From an uncultured Gemmatimonadales bacterium (lineage in GTDB: Bacteria > Gemmatimonadota > Gemmatimonadetes > Gemmatimonadales > GWC2-71-9), in the NCBI GenBank assembly GCA_963825055.1, contig CAWGSK010000012.1, forward strand, positions 320,001 through 384,000: DNA of 64,000 bases, read 5' to 3'. Numbering within the stretch: the stretch's first letter is position 1; every line of letters begins with the position of its first letter. The notes under the pieces are model-generated. The model was given only the letters and a program-made list of their open reading frames with translations, ran no database searches and was not told where the DNA came from. This document shows, piece by piece, positions 42,846 through 55,714 of this stretch. The position numbers and the translations under genes are program-made.

Positions 42846-42848
<3 letters not shown>
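42723..42848. repeat. inverted heptamer arrays enclosing a perfect hairpin (probable bidirectional terminator)
   Basis: (CTRGTGA)n, then TTCAAGGGGAGATC-N15-GATCTCCCCTTGAA, then (CACTACT)3(CACTAGT)3. Confidence 0.88.
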
Positions 42849-44102
<1,254 letters not shown>

Positions 44103-44192
44103 TGCTCGGCCTTGTGATATGATTGAGGACGGTGCGGTCGCGGTCCCGACCCGGCGACGCCGACCGCACGAAAGATAGGCGTATGGAGGCTC

Positions 44193-45908
44193 ATGGCCAC
44201 ACCTGCGGAAACTGCCCGGCGCGTCCTCCAGTCCCACGCGGCGTATCGCGCGCGCTTCTCGTCCATCACCCATCGAGCTGAAGACCGTTTCCTGTCGCGA
44301 GACTGGCAGGCGGGCCAGGCGGATGCCCGCGAGCGCCTCCTCTGCTATGGCGAGGAGGTGGAGCGGGTGGTGGCCGACCTGCGGGAAACCCTCGGTGCCG
44401 CGGCGCGGAACGCGTTCTACTGGCGCGGTGTGAAGTCGGAGTACGGGCAATTCGTGGCCGGGCGTGGCGACGAGGAACTGACCCGGACATTCTATAACTC
44501 CGTGAGCCGGCGGGTGCTGGGGACCGTAGGGGTGGAGCCGGCGGCGGAATACGTCGGTTCCACCCGGGAGCGCCGCCGGCCCCTGGCCGACGAGCCGGAA
44601 CTGCACGTGACGCTCCCGGCGGAAGGCAGCCTGGAGGAGGTTGTGACCTCGTTGCTCGGGCGGTTTTCCTTCGCGTCCGGACTGGAGAATCCCGGCCGGG
44701 ACGCCGTGCTCGTGGCCTCGGCGCTCCGCCGCGAGCTCCGGACGGAGGAGGAGGGCAGGGAACTGCGGGACTTGCAGGTCCTGCCCATGCCGTTCTACCG
44801 GAACAAGGGCGCCTACGTGATCGGGCGAGCGCGCACCGGGTCGGGCCTCTGGCCGTTCGTACTGGCGCTGGTGCACCCGCCGGAAGGCGTCCGGGTGGAT
44901 GCGGCGCTCTTCGCGTCGGACGAGGTCAGCATCGTCTTCAGCTTCACCCGCTCGTACTTCCATGTGGAAGCCGATCGTCCCCGCGCGATCGTGGCCTTTC
45001 TCCGGAGCATCATGCCGCAGAAGCCGGTGGATGAGCTCTACACGGCCCTGGGGCATCACAAACACGGCAAGACCCTCCTTTTCCGCAACATCGTCCGGCA
45101 CCTCGAACAGTCGAATGCCGGTTTCGAGCCGGCCCCGGGGGCCCGGGGGCTGGTGATGGCCGTATTCGCCCTTCCCTCGCTGCACACCGTCTTCAAGGTC
45201 ATCCGCGACCGGTTCGGGGCGCCCAAGACCGCGAGCCGGGACGAGGTGCGGACCAAGTACGGCCTGGTCTTCACCCATGACCGGGTCGGCCGGCTGGCCG
45301 ATGCGCACGAGTTTGCCGAACTCGAGTTCGAGCGCGAGCGGTTTGCCCCTGAGGTGCTGGAGGAACTTCTGGAGGAGGCTGCCGAATCGGTCCGGGTGGA
45401 CGGCGGCCGGATGGTCATCCGTCACCTGTACACCGAGCGGCTGGTGACGCCGCTCAACCTTTACCTGAAGGTTGCCGGCCCTGACCAAGCCCGTGCGGCG
45501 ATCCTGGACTACGGGCAGGCCATCAAGGACCTCGCCGCCGCGAACATCTTCACCGGGGACATGCTGCTCAAGAACTTCGGCGTCACCCGGCACGGCAGGG
45601 TGATCTTCTATGACTACGACGAGCTCTGCTTCATCACTGACTGCAATTTCCGGCGGCTTCCCGAGGCGCGGGATCCGGTGGAGGAAATGGCCGCCGAGCC
45701 GTGGTATTCGGTCGGTGAGCACGATGTCTTTCCGGAGGAATTCCGGGCCTACTTCCTGCTGCCGGGGGAACTCGGCGATGTCTTCCAGGAGGCCCACGGC
45801 GACCTCATGACCCTCGAGTTCTGGCGACGGATGCAGGACCAGGCCCGCGCGGGGGCGGTGCTGGATGTGTATCCGTACCCTCCCTCCAGGCGGTTCCAGC
45901 CTGGCTGA
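44193..45908 (+). CDS. aceK: bifunctional isocitrate dehydrogenase kinase/phosphatase
   Basis: [67 protein letters not shown]. Confidence 0.95.
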   Translation: MATPAETARRVLQSHAAYRARFSSITHRAEDRFLSRDWQAGQADARERLLCYGEEVERVVADLRETLGAAARNAFYWRGVKSEYGQFVAGRGDEELTRTFYNSVSRRVLGTVGVEPAAEYVGSTRERRRPLADEPELHVTLPAEGSLEEVVTSLLGRFSFASGLENPGRDAVLVASALRRELRTEEEGRELRDLQVLPMPFYRNKGAYVIGRARTGSGLWPFVLALVHPPEGVRVDAALFASDEVSIVFSFTRSYFHVEADRPRAIVAFLRSIMPQKPVDELYTALGHHKHGKTLLFRNIVRHLEQSNAGFEPAPGARGLVMAVFALPSLHTVFKVIRDRFGAPKTASRDEVRTKYGLVFTHDRVGRLADAHEFAELEFERERFAPEVLEELLEEAAESVRVDGGRMVIRHLYTERLVTPLNLYLKVAGPDQARAAILDYGQAIKDLAAANIFTGDMLLKNFGVTRHGRVIFYDYDELCFITDCNFRRLPEARDPVEEMAAEPWYSVGEHDVFPEEFRAYFLLPGELGDVFQEAHGDLMTLEFWRRMQDQARAGAVLDVYPYPPSRRFQPG

Positions 45909-45943
45909 ACACCGAGGACGTGGAGCCCCATTCCCCATCGGCC

Positions 45944-45968
45944 TCCGCCTGTCCGCCTGTCCGCCTGC
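45944..45968. repeat. octamer array (TCCGCCTG)3
   Basis: Directly visible downstream of aceK. Confidence 0.7.
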
Positions 45969-46131
45969 CCCTTGTGAAAGTCCTGCCGCAATGCGCGTCT
46001 CCGGATGAGGCACGCCCCGATCCGGGTTTGGCCGCCCCCTTGGACCCGCGTTGCCCCGACATTCCCACATACCGCTTGCGGGCGGCGGCGTGAACGGCAT
46101 ACTCGACATCAACCTGACTTGAGGATGTTCG

Positions 46132-49100
46132 ATGCGCACGTCGCGTGTCCTGGTCGTCATCATACTCACCCTGGCGGTTTCGGCCCCTCCACTGTTCGCC
46201 CAGAAACCGGGGATGCCGTCCCCTGGGTTCGGACTGTTCGCGTCCGCTTACCGCGCATTCGAGGTCAACCGCGTCTCCTGTGGGATCCGCAACACCGGCG
46301 CAGTGTGCCAGGACGACAACAGCACCGTGTTCACCGGCGCCCTCTGGCCCGGCAATTCACACCTCAGCTACATGTTCAGTTCTGGTCCAGCCGTAGCCGG
46401 TATCGTCGGGGTCAACGGTGCGTCGTGGGCGGGTGATACCGCCGGAGGTTATTTCTACGACCCCCGGGGAACCATGGAACACGGGCTTCCGATTACCGGG
46501 ATCCTGAGTGCGACTGACCCCGCTGACCGGGCGTCCTGGCCCGATGCCGCTCGCGTTCCCGGGCCACCGAACTACCCGTTCGCTGCGGCGGGTTCCATAT
46601 CCATCAGTGAGGGCGACGCCTGGTGGCTGACCTGGGAAGGCAATCCAGCGCTCCTGTCGGGCCGGGTCCATCCCCTGGGGATCGTCGCCGAATTTCGCGT
46701 CCTGGGCTGGAACTATCCCCTGGGCAACGAAGACGTCATCTACGCCGTTGTCACCTACCATAACATCACATCGCTTGAGGCGGGCGACTATGCGGGCGTC
46801 AGGGCCGGGCTTCGTGACACGCTGCTCTCGGCCGCGGCGAGGTTCCATCGGATGAACGACTCCACGTTCGGAATCACTCTCCCTCCCGGCGGCTATTCGA
46901 TTGAGGAGTTCTACGCAGCGTGGAACGCGGATCCCGATGTAGGGTCAATCGGCTCGAACTACGGCAGTGTCAATGTTCCGCTGGGTCTGGCGTACGCCTG
47001 GGAGCCCTCCTTCAGGGTAGTGTCCTATGCCCTGTACGATCCGGCCGTGTTCGGCTCTCCGTTCTTCCCCGGTAGTGGATTGGTCGGAATCGCTCCGCTC
47101 GGCCGGCCGCTCGCCGTCTTCACCGGAACTTCAAATGGTGGGGTAGTTGAAGATCCAATGAGCCTCGGAGACTTGTACCGCCGCGCAACGGGTGATTTCG
47201 GAGGGGCGGGCAGCTCGTGCACGCTTGATCCGCGGATCGACCATATCTGTTTCATACGCACCGCCGGCCCCTTTGACATTCGATCGTTTCAAGCTGTGGG
47301 CCCGATGACCGTCCCGCCGGGACAGTCCGTGACGGTTCCCATGGCCTTCGTGTTTGCGGCTCCCCTTCCCGGCGGTGGGTGCCCAGCGGCAACCTGTGCC
47401 GTTGGAGTGGGCAGTCTGTCGGTTGTCGCCGGCATGTCCGATCCTGCGATCGTGGCCGCGGGGGTGAACCCGATCGACACCATCGCGGGTTTCCTCGGGC
47501 GCAGGACGCGAGCGGGGACGGGGTGCTCCAGGGAGACGAGTTCATCACCGAGCCGCGTTCGCTGTACTGGAAGGCCCAGGTGGCGCGGGCGCTGTTCGAC
47601 CACCAGTTCCTGCTGCCCCAGGCCCCGGCGGCGCCGGACTTCTTCCTGATTCCGGAGCGGGATGCCGTCACGGTAGTGTGGCGGCCGAGCATCTCCGAGC
47701 AGACCGGAGATCCGTATTACGACCTGGCAAACGGGGCGCGGATCGTGAATGCCCAGGGCGCCTCGGTGGTCAACGTGCTCTACGATCCGAACTACCGGCA
47801 GTTCGACGTGGAGGGATACCGGATCTACCGGGGGCGGGTGGACGATCCGGTGGCGCTGGAGCTGGTGGCGCAGTTCGACTACAGCGGCACGACGATGTCC
47901 GACTACGGCGGCTACGTCAACGCCGCGCAGTCCTGCGCCCCCGAACTGCAGGTGACGTCCGGGTGTCTCACCACGTACGACCCCCGGGTGCCGGGCGTGG
48001 CACAGGCGGCCCACCGGGACGAGCCGATTGTAGGGCCTTTCATCCAGACCCGGCTCGGCGACCGCATCGTCCTGTCCAACAGCCAGGTTGCCGTGCTGCG
48101 GGCGGACACCGTCGGTGCCCACCTTGGCTACCTGGCGGACACCGGGGTTCCGTTCAATTGGAGGGATACGACCGTCCGGCAGGGCTTCCGGTACTTCTAC
48201 ACCGTGACGGCTTTTGACGTGAACTCCCTCCATCCCGGCCCGGCCAGCCAGGAGAGCCCGCGGGTGCTGAAGCCCGTACGCCCCGAGAGCCGGGCCACGA
48301 ACCTGGTGACCGGCGGTGCGATTACCGGTCGGCGGCTGTTGGGGCGGGGCATCGTGCTGGACACGGCGCCGACGACGACGCTCCGACTACCCCGGATCGA
48401 GCCCTCGACGGGACGGTTCGCGGGGCCCTTCCGCCCGCGTCCGCATGGGATCTGACTTTTGATGCATTCGTCCCGGCACTGCTCGACTCGGGAAGTGTCC
48501 GGGCGACGCTGGACAGCGTCCACCTGGGATCGCCATACGCCAACATCCCGCACGTGTACTGGTGGACGGCGCGGAGCGGCTCGGCCGAGACGACGGTTTC
48601 GCTGCCGGTCCTGCACAATCAGGAGATTGGAGTCTCGAGCGGGACGTCGCCCGTGAATGCGGTTCCTGTTGAAGCGGCGCTCGTGGGGCGGTATGGAGGG
48701 GCGGCTGGCTATCGGCTGCCGATCCAGATCACGCAGTCCCTGACGGGAGCCGACTACGCCGGCCTCTATGGCCGGGGATGCATCAATGGACGGCCGGGAT
48801 TCGACCAGTCGTTCAACGGGGAGTGTGCCTATAACGGGTCGCGGTGGTTTGACGGGCCTTCACCGGAGAAGAACGAGACGAAAATCCATCCCAACGCAGG
48901 GAACCAGGCGAACAGCACGGGCACCCCGGTGACGAATTACAACAATGCCGGTGAACTGACCGGGGTGGTGACGATCCACAACACCCAGGCCTACCAGTCG
49001 GTGGGCGGGGCCGAGTACCGCCCCGTCGAAGGCATCAAGGCCGGGGCGCACCGGGCGGCGGACTTGAACGTGTACTGGGGGAGTGGGGGCCAGGTGGATT

Positions 49101-49974
49101 CGGTCATCGACATTACGCACAATGTGCCGGTGCCTTTCAGTCCGGATATGGGGCTGACCTGGGGCATCCTCAACAGCCCGGCGGCGTCCGCATCGGGGTC
49201 GTACGACCAGCGCCCGGAACTGTGGGCCACGGACATGGGCTGCGTCGAACCGCTCGATCCTACACGACCACCATCTCCTGTGGGACCGCCGGACCGCACT
49301 ACCAGCTTGCGAACGTAGCGTTACCGGGCCCGATCGTGTTCTTCAGCCCGGATCTCTCCGCCGCGCGCACGGCTCCCGCCGCCGTGAACGCGGGCGTCGT
49401 TTTCTACCTTGCCGGCGATTTCTTCACCATGGAGTTGACCGGGGGGCTGGTGCCGGCGAAGGGGACGGTCTGGTCGCTCCGCCAGTATATCGGGGCCATC
49501 AGCGGGGGCTCGGGTGATGGCGGGAACTACGGCCCCTACATGTACTCAAATCCCGGCGGATTCTACCCATCGACCGACGCCCTTCTGCCCCTGACCGCCG
49601 CCGGGGTGGAAGTCGAACTGACCTGGAGTGGGGTGAATGCGCTCCGGGCGCCGGTCGCCACGGACCTCGCCGCAGTGCATCCGGTACCCGATCCGTATTA
49701 CCTCGGTAACGCCTGGACCAGCGACCAGGCCCTGCCGGTCATCCGGTTCGTGAACCTGCCCGCCGACGCGATCATCCGGGTCTATACCTCGAGCGGGGTG
49801 CTGGTCCGGCTCCTGGAGCACCACAGCGCCAGTTTCGGTGGCTCCGAAGACTGGGACGTCCGAAGCCGCTCCGGTCGGAAGGTGGCGAGCGGGGTGTATT
49901 TCTTCCATATCGAATCAGGGAATGCCCGGCGCACCGGGCGGATGACGATTGTCAATCCGGACGGGGGGCGCTGA
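46132..49974 (+). CDS. large exported protein, paralog A (~1,270 aa), T9SS/FlgD-Ig-like C-terminus; 3 apparent frameshifts
   Basis: Signal peptide, [17 protein letters not shown]3-like segment, C-terminal [34 protein letters not shown]. Shifts near 47498, 48431 and 49255. Confidence 0.8.
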
Positions 49975-49975
49975 A

Positions 49976-52900
49976 ATGCCGTCCAGAACGGTGAGCCATC
50001 TGCGACCTTGCTCCTGCTCACCTCCTTGCTGGCGCCTGGCGCGGCTGCTCAGACACCGAACGGGCGCGGGTTCAGCCTTTTCGGCGCGGCTGCGAGCACC
50101 CTTCAGGTGAACCGGGTTTCGTGTGGGATGAAGAACCTGGGCCAGATCTGCACCTCTCAGAGCAGTGCGCGCGGCGGGGGCTTCTGGCCGGGGGACGCTT
50201 CCCCAGGGGGGGCAATACATCTTCGCCTCGGGCCCTTTCATTGCGAGCATCATCGGTCCGGACGGAGGACCGTGGGCGGGCGACACCGCGGGAGGCCGGT
50301 TCTTCGATCTAACTGCACGGGTTGACGCGACCGCCTTGACGGGTATCCACGATGCGGCGAACCCGGCGGACGTTGTGTCCTGGCCGGAAGCGGCACGAGT
50401 GCCGCCGGGGTATGCTCGCCCCGAGGCTGCAGGCCGCGTTTCCCTGGGTGCAGGCGATCAGTGGTGGCTGTCCTGGGAAGGGGAGCCCACGACGTCGACC
50501 TACGTGAATCGGAGGCATCCGCTGGGCATTCTGGCCGAATTCAGGATGGTCGGGTGGCCCTACCCGTTGGGCAATGACGACGTCATCTACGCGATAATGA
50601 CCTTTTACAACATCACGTCGCTTGATCCCGCTGACTACGCCGGTCCGAGACCGGAAATCCGGGATACCCTGCTCGCCGCGGCGCAGCGGTTCACCAGCTC
50701 AATGACGCCGCCTTCGGCATCACCCTGCCGCAGGGCGGCTATTCCATGACCCGGGTCTATTCCGGCTTGTCGGCGGATCCCGATGTGGGGTCGGCGGGCA
50801 ACAACTTCGTAAGTGTACAGCGTCCGCTCTTTCTCGCATACGCGTGGCAGAACAACTTCTCGCTGCCCCAGTGGACTTACGATCCCGCCGCGTATGGTGC
50901 TCCTTTCTTTGCCGCGCCGGGGCTGGCGGGTACTCTTCCGCTCGGCTCTCCGCCGAAGCTCTTTACTGGAACCACAGGTGGCGGTGGTTTTAGTCCTCCT
51001 CAGACTATCTCCCAGCTCTGGCGCGTTGTGTCCGTCAACATCAACACGGCACTGGGCGATGACGCCTGCAACTTCGACCCGGTGGCCACGCAGATCTGCT
51101 TTATCCGTGGGTCCGGGCCGTTTGACATCCAGTACCTGCAATCGGTTGGCCCCTTCGACCTCGCGCCGGGCGAGAGTGTCACGGTGCCGATGGCCTTCGT
51201 CTTCTCGGCACCCCTGGCCCGGGCTGGCTGTCCGGGGGCAAGCTGCAACATCGCTCCCGGGAGCCCCACCATCATTGCCGGCATGTCCAATCCTGCGGTC
51301 ATGGCCGCAGGGGTGAACCCCATCGACACCATCGCCGGCTTCCTCGGGGCGCAGGATGCGAGTGGGGACGGGGTGCTCCAGGCCGACGAGTTCATACCGA
51401 GCCGCGCTCGCTCTACTGGAAGGCCCAGGTGGCGCAGGCCCTCTTCGACCACCAGTTCCTGCTTCCCCAGGCCCCGGCGGCACCGGACTTCTTCTGATTC
51501 CGGAGCGGGATGCCGTCACGGTCGTGTGGCGGCCGAGCGTCTCCGAGCAGACAGGCGACCCGTATTACGACCTGGCCAGCACCGCCCGGACGATCAATGC
51601 ACAGGGTGCCTCAGTGGTCAACGTTCTCTACGATCCCAACTATCGGCAGTTCGACGTGGAGGGGTACCGGGTCTACCGGGGCCGGGTGGACGACCCGGCG
51701 GCGCTGGAGCTGGTGGCGCAGTTCGACTACTCGGGCACGACCATGTCCGACTACGGCGGCTACGTGAACCCGAACCAGTTCTGCGCGCCGGAACTTGGCG
51801 TGGGTCCGCTGCGCGGCCGCCTTCGACTCCATGGTGCCGGGCATCGCCCGCACGGGCCATGTGGACGTGGACATCGGCTGGCAGTTCGTGCAGACCAGGC
51901 TTGGCGACCGGACGACCCTGCCCAACGGCCTGGTGACGGTACTCCATGCCGACACGTGGGTCGGGACGCCGCGGTATCTGCAGGACACCGGAGTGCCGTT
52001 TTCCTGGCGCGACACGACGGTCCGGCAGGGCTTCCGGTACTTCTACACCGTGACCGCCTTCGACGTGAACTCGCTTCAGTCCGGGCCGGCCAGCCAGGAG
52101 AGCCCGCGCGTGCTCAAGGCCGTCCGGCCGGAAAGCCGGGCAGGCAATCTCGTGGCGGAGGGTCGCCTGACGGCCACCCATCTGATCGGCCGTGGCGTGG
52201 TGTTGGATACGGCGACCATCGCCGGTGCCCAGCCGGATACGATCGAGCCGGCCACGGGACGCTTCAAGCACCCCTTCCCACCCGCCTCCAGCTGGGGGCT
52301 CTCCTTTTACGCCTATGTACCGGCCCTCCTCGATTCGGGGAGTGTCCGGCTCACCCTGGACAGCGCCACGCTGGGTTCCCCCTATGACGGTATCCCCCAT
52401 GTCTACTGGTGGACCAGCCGGAGCGGGGGAGCGACGACCCATTTCTCCCTGCCGGTTCTGCAACACCAGGAAACCGGGGTCGTGTACGCCTCCGTGCAGG
52501 CCAACGCCGTGCCCGTAGCACCGGCGCTGGCCGGCCAGTACGGCGGGGACGCCGGGTACCGGCTGCCGGTCAACCTGTCCCAGGGTTTACCCGGTGCGGA
52601 TTATGCCGGACTGTACGGTCGAGGCTGTGTCAACGGACGCCCCGGGTTCCTCAACGGCTACCAGTACGGTGAGTGCGCCTACAACGGGTCCCGCTGGTTT
52701 GACGGCCCCTCGCCCGCGAAGAACGAGACGAAGGTGCATCCGATCGAAGGCAACCAGGCCAACTTCACTGGCACGCCCGTCACCAACTACAACAACGCGG
52801 GCGAACTGTCCGGCGTGGTCACGATCCATAACACCCAGGCGTATCAATCGGTCGGTGGGGCGGAGTACCGCCCGGTCGAGGGGATCAAGGCGGGCGCCCA

Positions 52901-53804
52901 CCGAGCGGCGGACTTCAATGTCTACTGGGGCAGTGGCGGAAGGGTTGACTCAGTCATCGACATTACGCACAACGTCCCCGTGCCGTTCAGCCCGGACATG
53001 GGGTTGAGCTGGGGCATCCTGAACGGACCGGCGGCATCACTGCCCGGGTCGTACGACCAGCGCCTGGACCTGACCGGGACGGACATGGGGTGTGTCGAGC
53101 CCCTCCGCTCGTACGGGACGACCATCTCCTGCGGCAGCGGCGGGCCGCGATACCAGCTCGCCAATGTCGCCGTCCCGTCTTCCATCGCCTTCTTCAGCCC
53201 GGTCCTGATCGATGCCCGCACGGCCCCAGTGGCGCCGAACGCGGGCATCGTGTTCTACCTCGCGGGCGATTTCTTCACGATGGAACTGGCGGGAGGGCAG
53301 GTGCCGGCGAAAGGGACGGTCTGGTCGCTGCGGCAGTATATCGGCGCCATCACGGGTGGCTCGGGCGACGGGGGCAATTACGGGTCGTATGCGTACTCCA
53401 ACCCCGAAAGCACCCTGCCGCTGACGGCGGCCGGGGTGGAAATCGAACTGACCTGGAGCGGGGTAAACGCCTTGCGCGCCCCGATGAAGTCCGACCTGGC
53501 ATCGGTCCACCCGGTACCGGACCCCTACATGTTCGGCAACGCCTGGACGAATGACCAGGCGCTTCCGGTCATCCGGTTCGTGAACCTCCCGGCCGATGCC
53601 ATCATCCGGATCTACACCTCGAGCGGGGTGCTGGTCCGCCTGCTGGAGCACCACAGCACCACCTTTGGTGGCTCGGAGGACTGGGACGTGCGGACCCGCT
53701 CGGGCCGCAAGGTGGCCAGCGGGGTGTACTTCTTCCACGTGGAATCCGGCGACGCCCGCCGCACCGGCCGGATGACCATCGTGAACCCGGACGGGGGGCG
53801 CTGA
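49976..53804 (+). CDS. large exported protein, paralog B; about 6 apparent frameshifts
   Basis: Collinear with paralog A and ends identically ([10 protein letters not shown]). Shifts near 50003, 50200, 50692, 51395, 51494 and 51800. Confidence 0.8.
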
Positions 53805-53879
53805 CGACGCGCCCCCATTCCATTACCTTCCGGGGCACGGCCGACGCCGGATGCACTGTGTCCCCCGTCCCGGAAGCGT

Positions 53880-54608
53880 GTGCGACCCCACTACTTCGGT
53901 ACCGTCATCTTTGACTGTGACAGCACCCTCGCCACCCTGGAGGGCGTCGAAGCGCTGGCGGGTGACCATCACCAGGAAATCACCGCCCTCACCGAAGCCG
54001 CGATGCGCGGCGCGGTGCCGCTCGAGGAGATCTACGGGCGGCGCATGGGGCTGATCGCCCCCTCGCGCGACCTCATCGACCAGGTGGGTCGCGCGTACGT
54101 CGCCTCGCTCGTTCCCGATGCCGACATCGTGGTCGAAACCCTGCGCGGCGCCGGCGTGGACGTCAGGGTGCTCTCCGGCGGCCTCCGACCCGCTGTCCTC
54201 GCGGTGGCGCGCCACCTCGGTGTCCCCGATGACCACGTGGCCGCCGTCGACGTCACGTTCGGCGCGTCCGGGGAGTACCGGGGCTTCGACGAGACCTCTC
54301 CGCTCGCCCGGGCGGGTGGCAAGGGCGAGGTCATTCGCCGGTGGCGGCCGGAACTCACCCCTCCCGTCATGCTGGTGGGGGACGGGGCCACCGATCTCGA
54401 AGCGCGCCCCGACGTCGACTGCTTTCTCGCGTTCATGGGTGTCGCGGATCGCCCCGAAGTCCGCGCCGGCGCCGATGGCGCGATCAACTGCCTCTCGCTC
54501 GCCCCCGTCCTCCCCCTCGTACTGCCCGATCCGCCGGCTGACGCCCGCGGTCGCGACGCGTGGGAACGGGGCAGGGAGCTCGCACCCGACATGTTCCCCA
54601 CTTCCTGA
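53880..54608 (+). CDS. serB: HAD-IB phosphoserine phosphatase-like
   Basis: FDCDSTL, TEAAMRG, LSGG, GGK, VGDGATD. Sits in an operon with serA. Confidence 0.8.
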   Translation: MRPHYFGTVIFDCDSTLATLEGVEALAGDHHQEITALTEAAMRGAVPLEEIYGRRMGLIAPSRDLIDQVGRAYVASLVPDADIVVETLRGAGVDVRVLSGGLRPAVLAVARHLGVPDDHVAAVDVTFGASGEYRGFDETSPLARAGGKGEVIRRWRPELTPPVMLVGDGATDLEARPDVDCFLAFMGVADRPEVRAGADGAINCLSLAPVLPLVLPDPPADARGRDAWERGRELAPDMFPTS

Positions 54609-54619
54609 CCACGACTGCC

Positions 54620-55714
54620 ATGACCCAGTCTTCCTATACCGGGCGTTTTTTCCTTCCCGGGCCCACCGAGGTTCGCGCCGAGGTGCTCGAGGGCCAGCTC
54701 CATCCGATGATCGGCCACCGGGGCAAGGCGATGGAAGAACTCATCGCCCGCCTCCAGCCGATGCTCCAGGACCTTTTCCGTACGGCCCGCCCGGTCTACC
54801 TCTCCGGCTCCAGCGCCACGGGATTGATGGAGGCCGCCATCCGGAACGGGGTGGACCGCAGGGTGCTCTGCCTGGTGAACGGCGCGTTCAGCGAGCGGTT
54901 CTACAGGATCGCGGAGTCCTGCGGTGTGGAGACGGTCCTGCTCCAGGTCCCATGGGGACAGGGACACACGCCGGACATGCTGGCCGACGCCCTCGCGGCC
55001 GATCCGTGCGACGCGGTCACCGTGGTCCATTCGGAGACCTCCACCGGCGCACTCAACCCCATCAAGGACCTCGCGCGGGTGGCGCACGACGCCGGAGCCG
55101 TCCTCCTGGTGGACAGCGTGACCGGCGTGGCGGGCGCGCCCGTCCTCACGGACGAGTGGGAACTCGACTTCGTCCTGACCGGATCGCAGAAGGCGCTCGC
55201 GCTCCCGCCGGGCCTCGCGCTGGGGGTGGCGCAGGAGGGGATTCTCCGGCGGGCGATGGGGCGACCGGGGCGCGGCACGTATTTCGACCTGCTTGAATTC
55301 GAGAAGTACATCCAGAAGAACCAGACGCCGAATACGCCCCCCGTCTCGCTGCTCTACGCGCTGCTCACGCAGCTGGAGCGGATCCGGGCCGAGACCCTCG
55401 AGGCGAGGTGGGCCCGTCACGCGGACATGGCCGCCAGGGTTGTCGATCGCGTCGCGGAATGGCGGGGCCGGGGGATCGAGGTGGACATTCTCGCGCCGGA
55501 AGGATTCCGTTCGCCCACGGTCACCTGCCTGACGGTGGGAGGAACCCATACCGGATCGGCCGTGAACGCGGCCATGAAGGAGCGCGGTTTCACCATTTCA
55601 GCCGGCTACGGGAAGCTCAAGGACGCCACCATCCGGATCGGCCACATGGGTGACCATACCGTGGAAGAACTCGACGACGTACTCGACGCGCTGGAGGAGG
55701 TGCTCTCCGCATGA
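54620..55714 (+). CDS. class V PLP aminotransferase (AGAT/SGAT-like), probable phosphoserine aminotransferase
   Basis: PGPT, HSETSTG, VDSV, GSQKALALPPG, RIGHMG. Lies between serB and serA. Confidence 0.88.
   Translation: MTQSSYTGRFFLPGPTEVRAEVLEGQLHPMIGHRGKAMEELIARLQPMLQDLFRTARPVYLSGSSATGLMEAAIRNGVDRRVLCLVNGAFSERFYRIAESCGVETVLLQVPWGQGHTPDMLADALAADPCDAVTVVHSETSTGALNPIKDLARVAHDAGAVLLVDSVTGVAGAPVLTDEWELDFVLTGSQKALALPPGLALGVAQEGILRRAMGRPGRGTYFDLLEFEKYIQKNQTPNTPPVSLLYALLTQLERIRAETLEARWARHADMAARVVDRVAEWRGRGIEVDILAPEGFRSPTVTCLTVGGTHTGSAVNAAMKERGFTISAGYGKLKDATIRIGHMGDHTVEELDDVLDALEEVLSA

Noticed and set aside
44103..46169. N-terminal 689-aa extension of IDH in the 1107-aa ORF
   Set aside because: It is the antisense shadow of aceK. 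IDH homology begins near 44102.
46132..53804. Diversity-generating retroelement or programmed frameshifting/Sec readthrough
   Set aside because: No reverse transcriptase is present, differences are not adenine-specific, and the breaks are single-base indels at different positions in the two paralogs.
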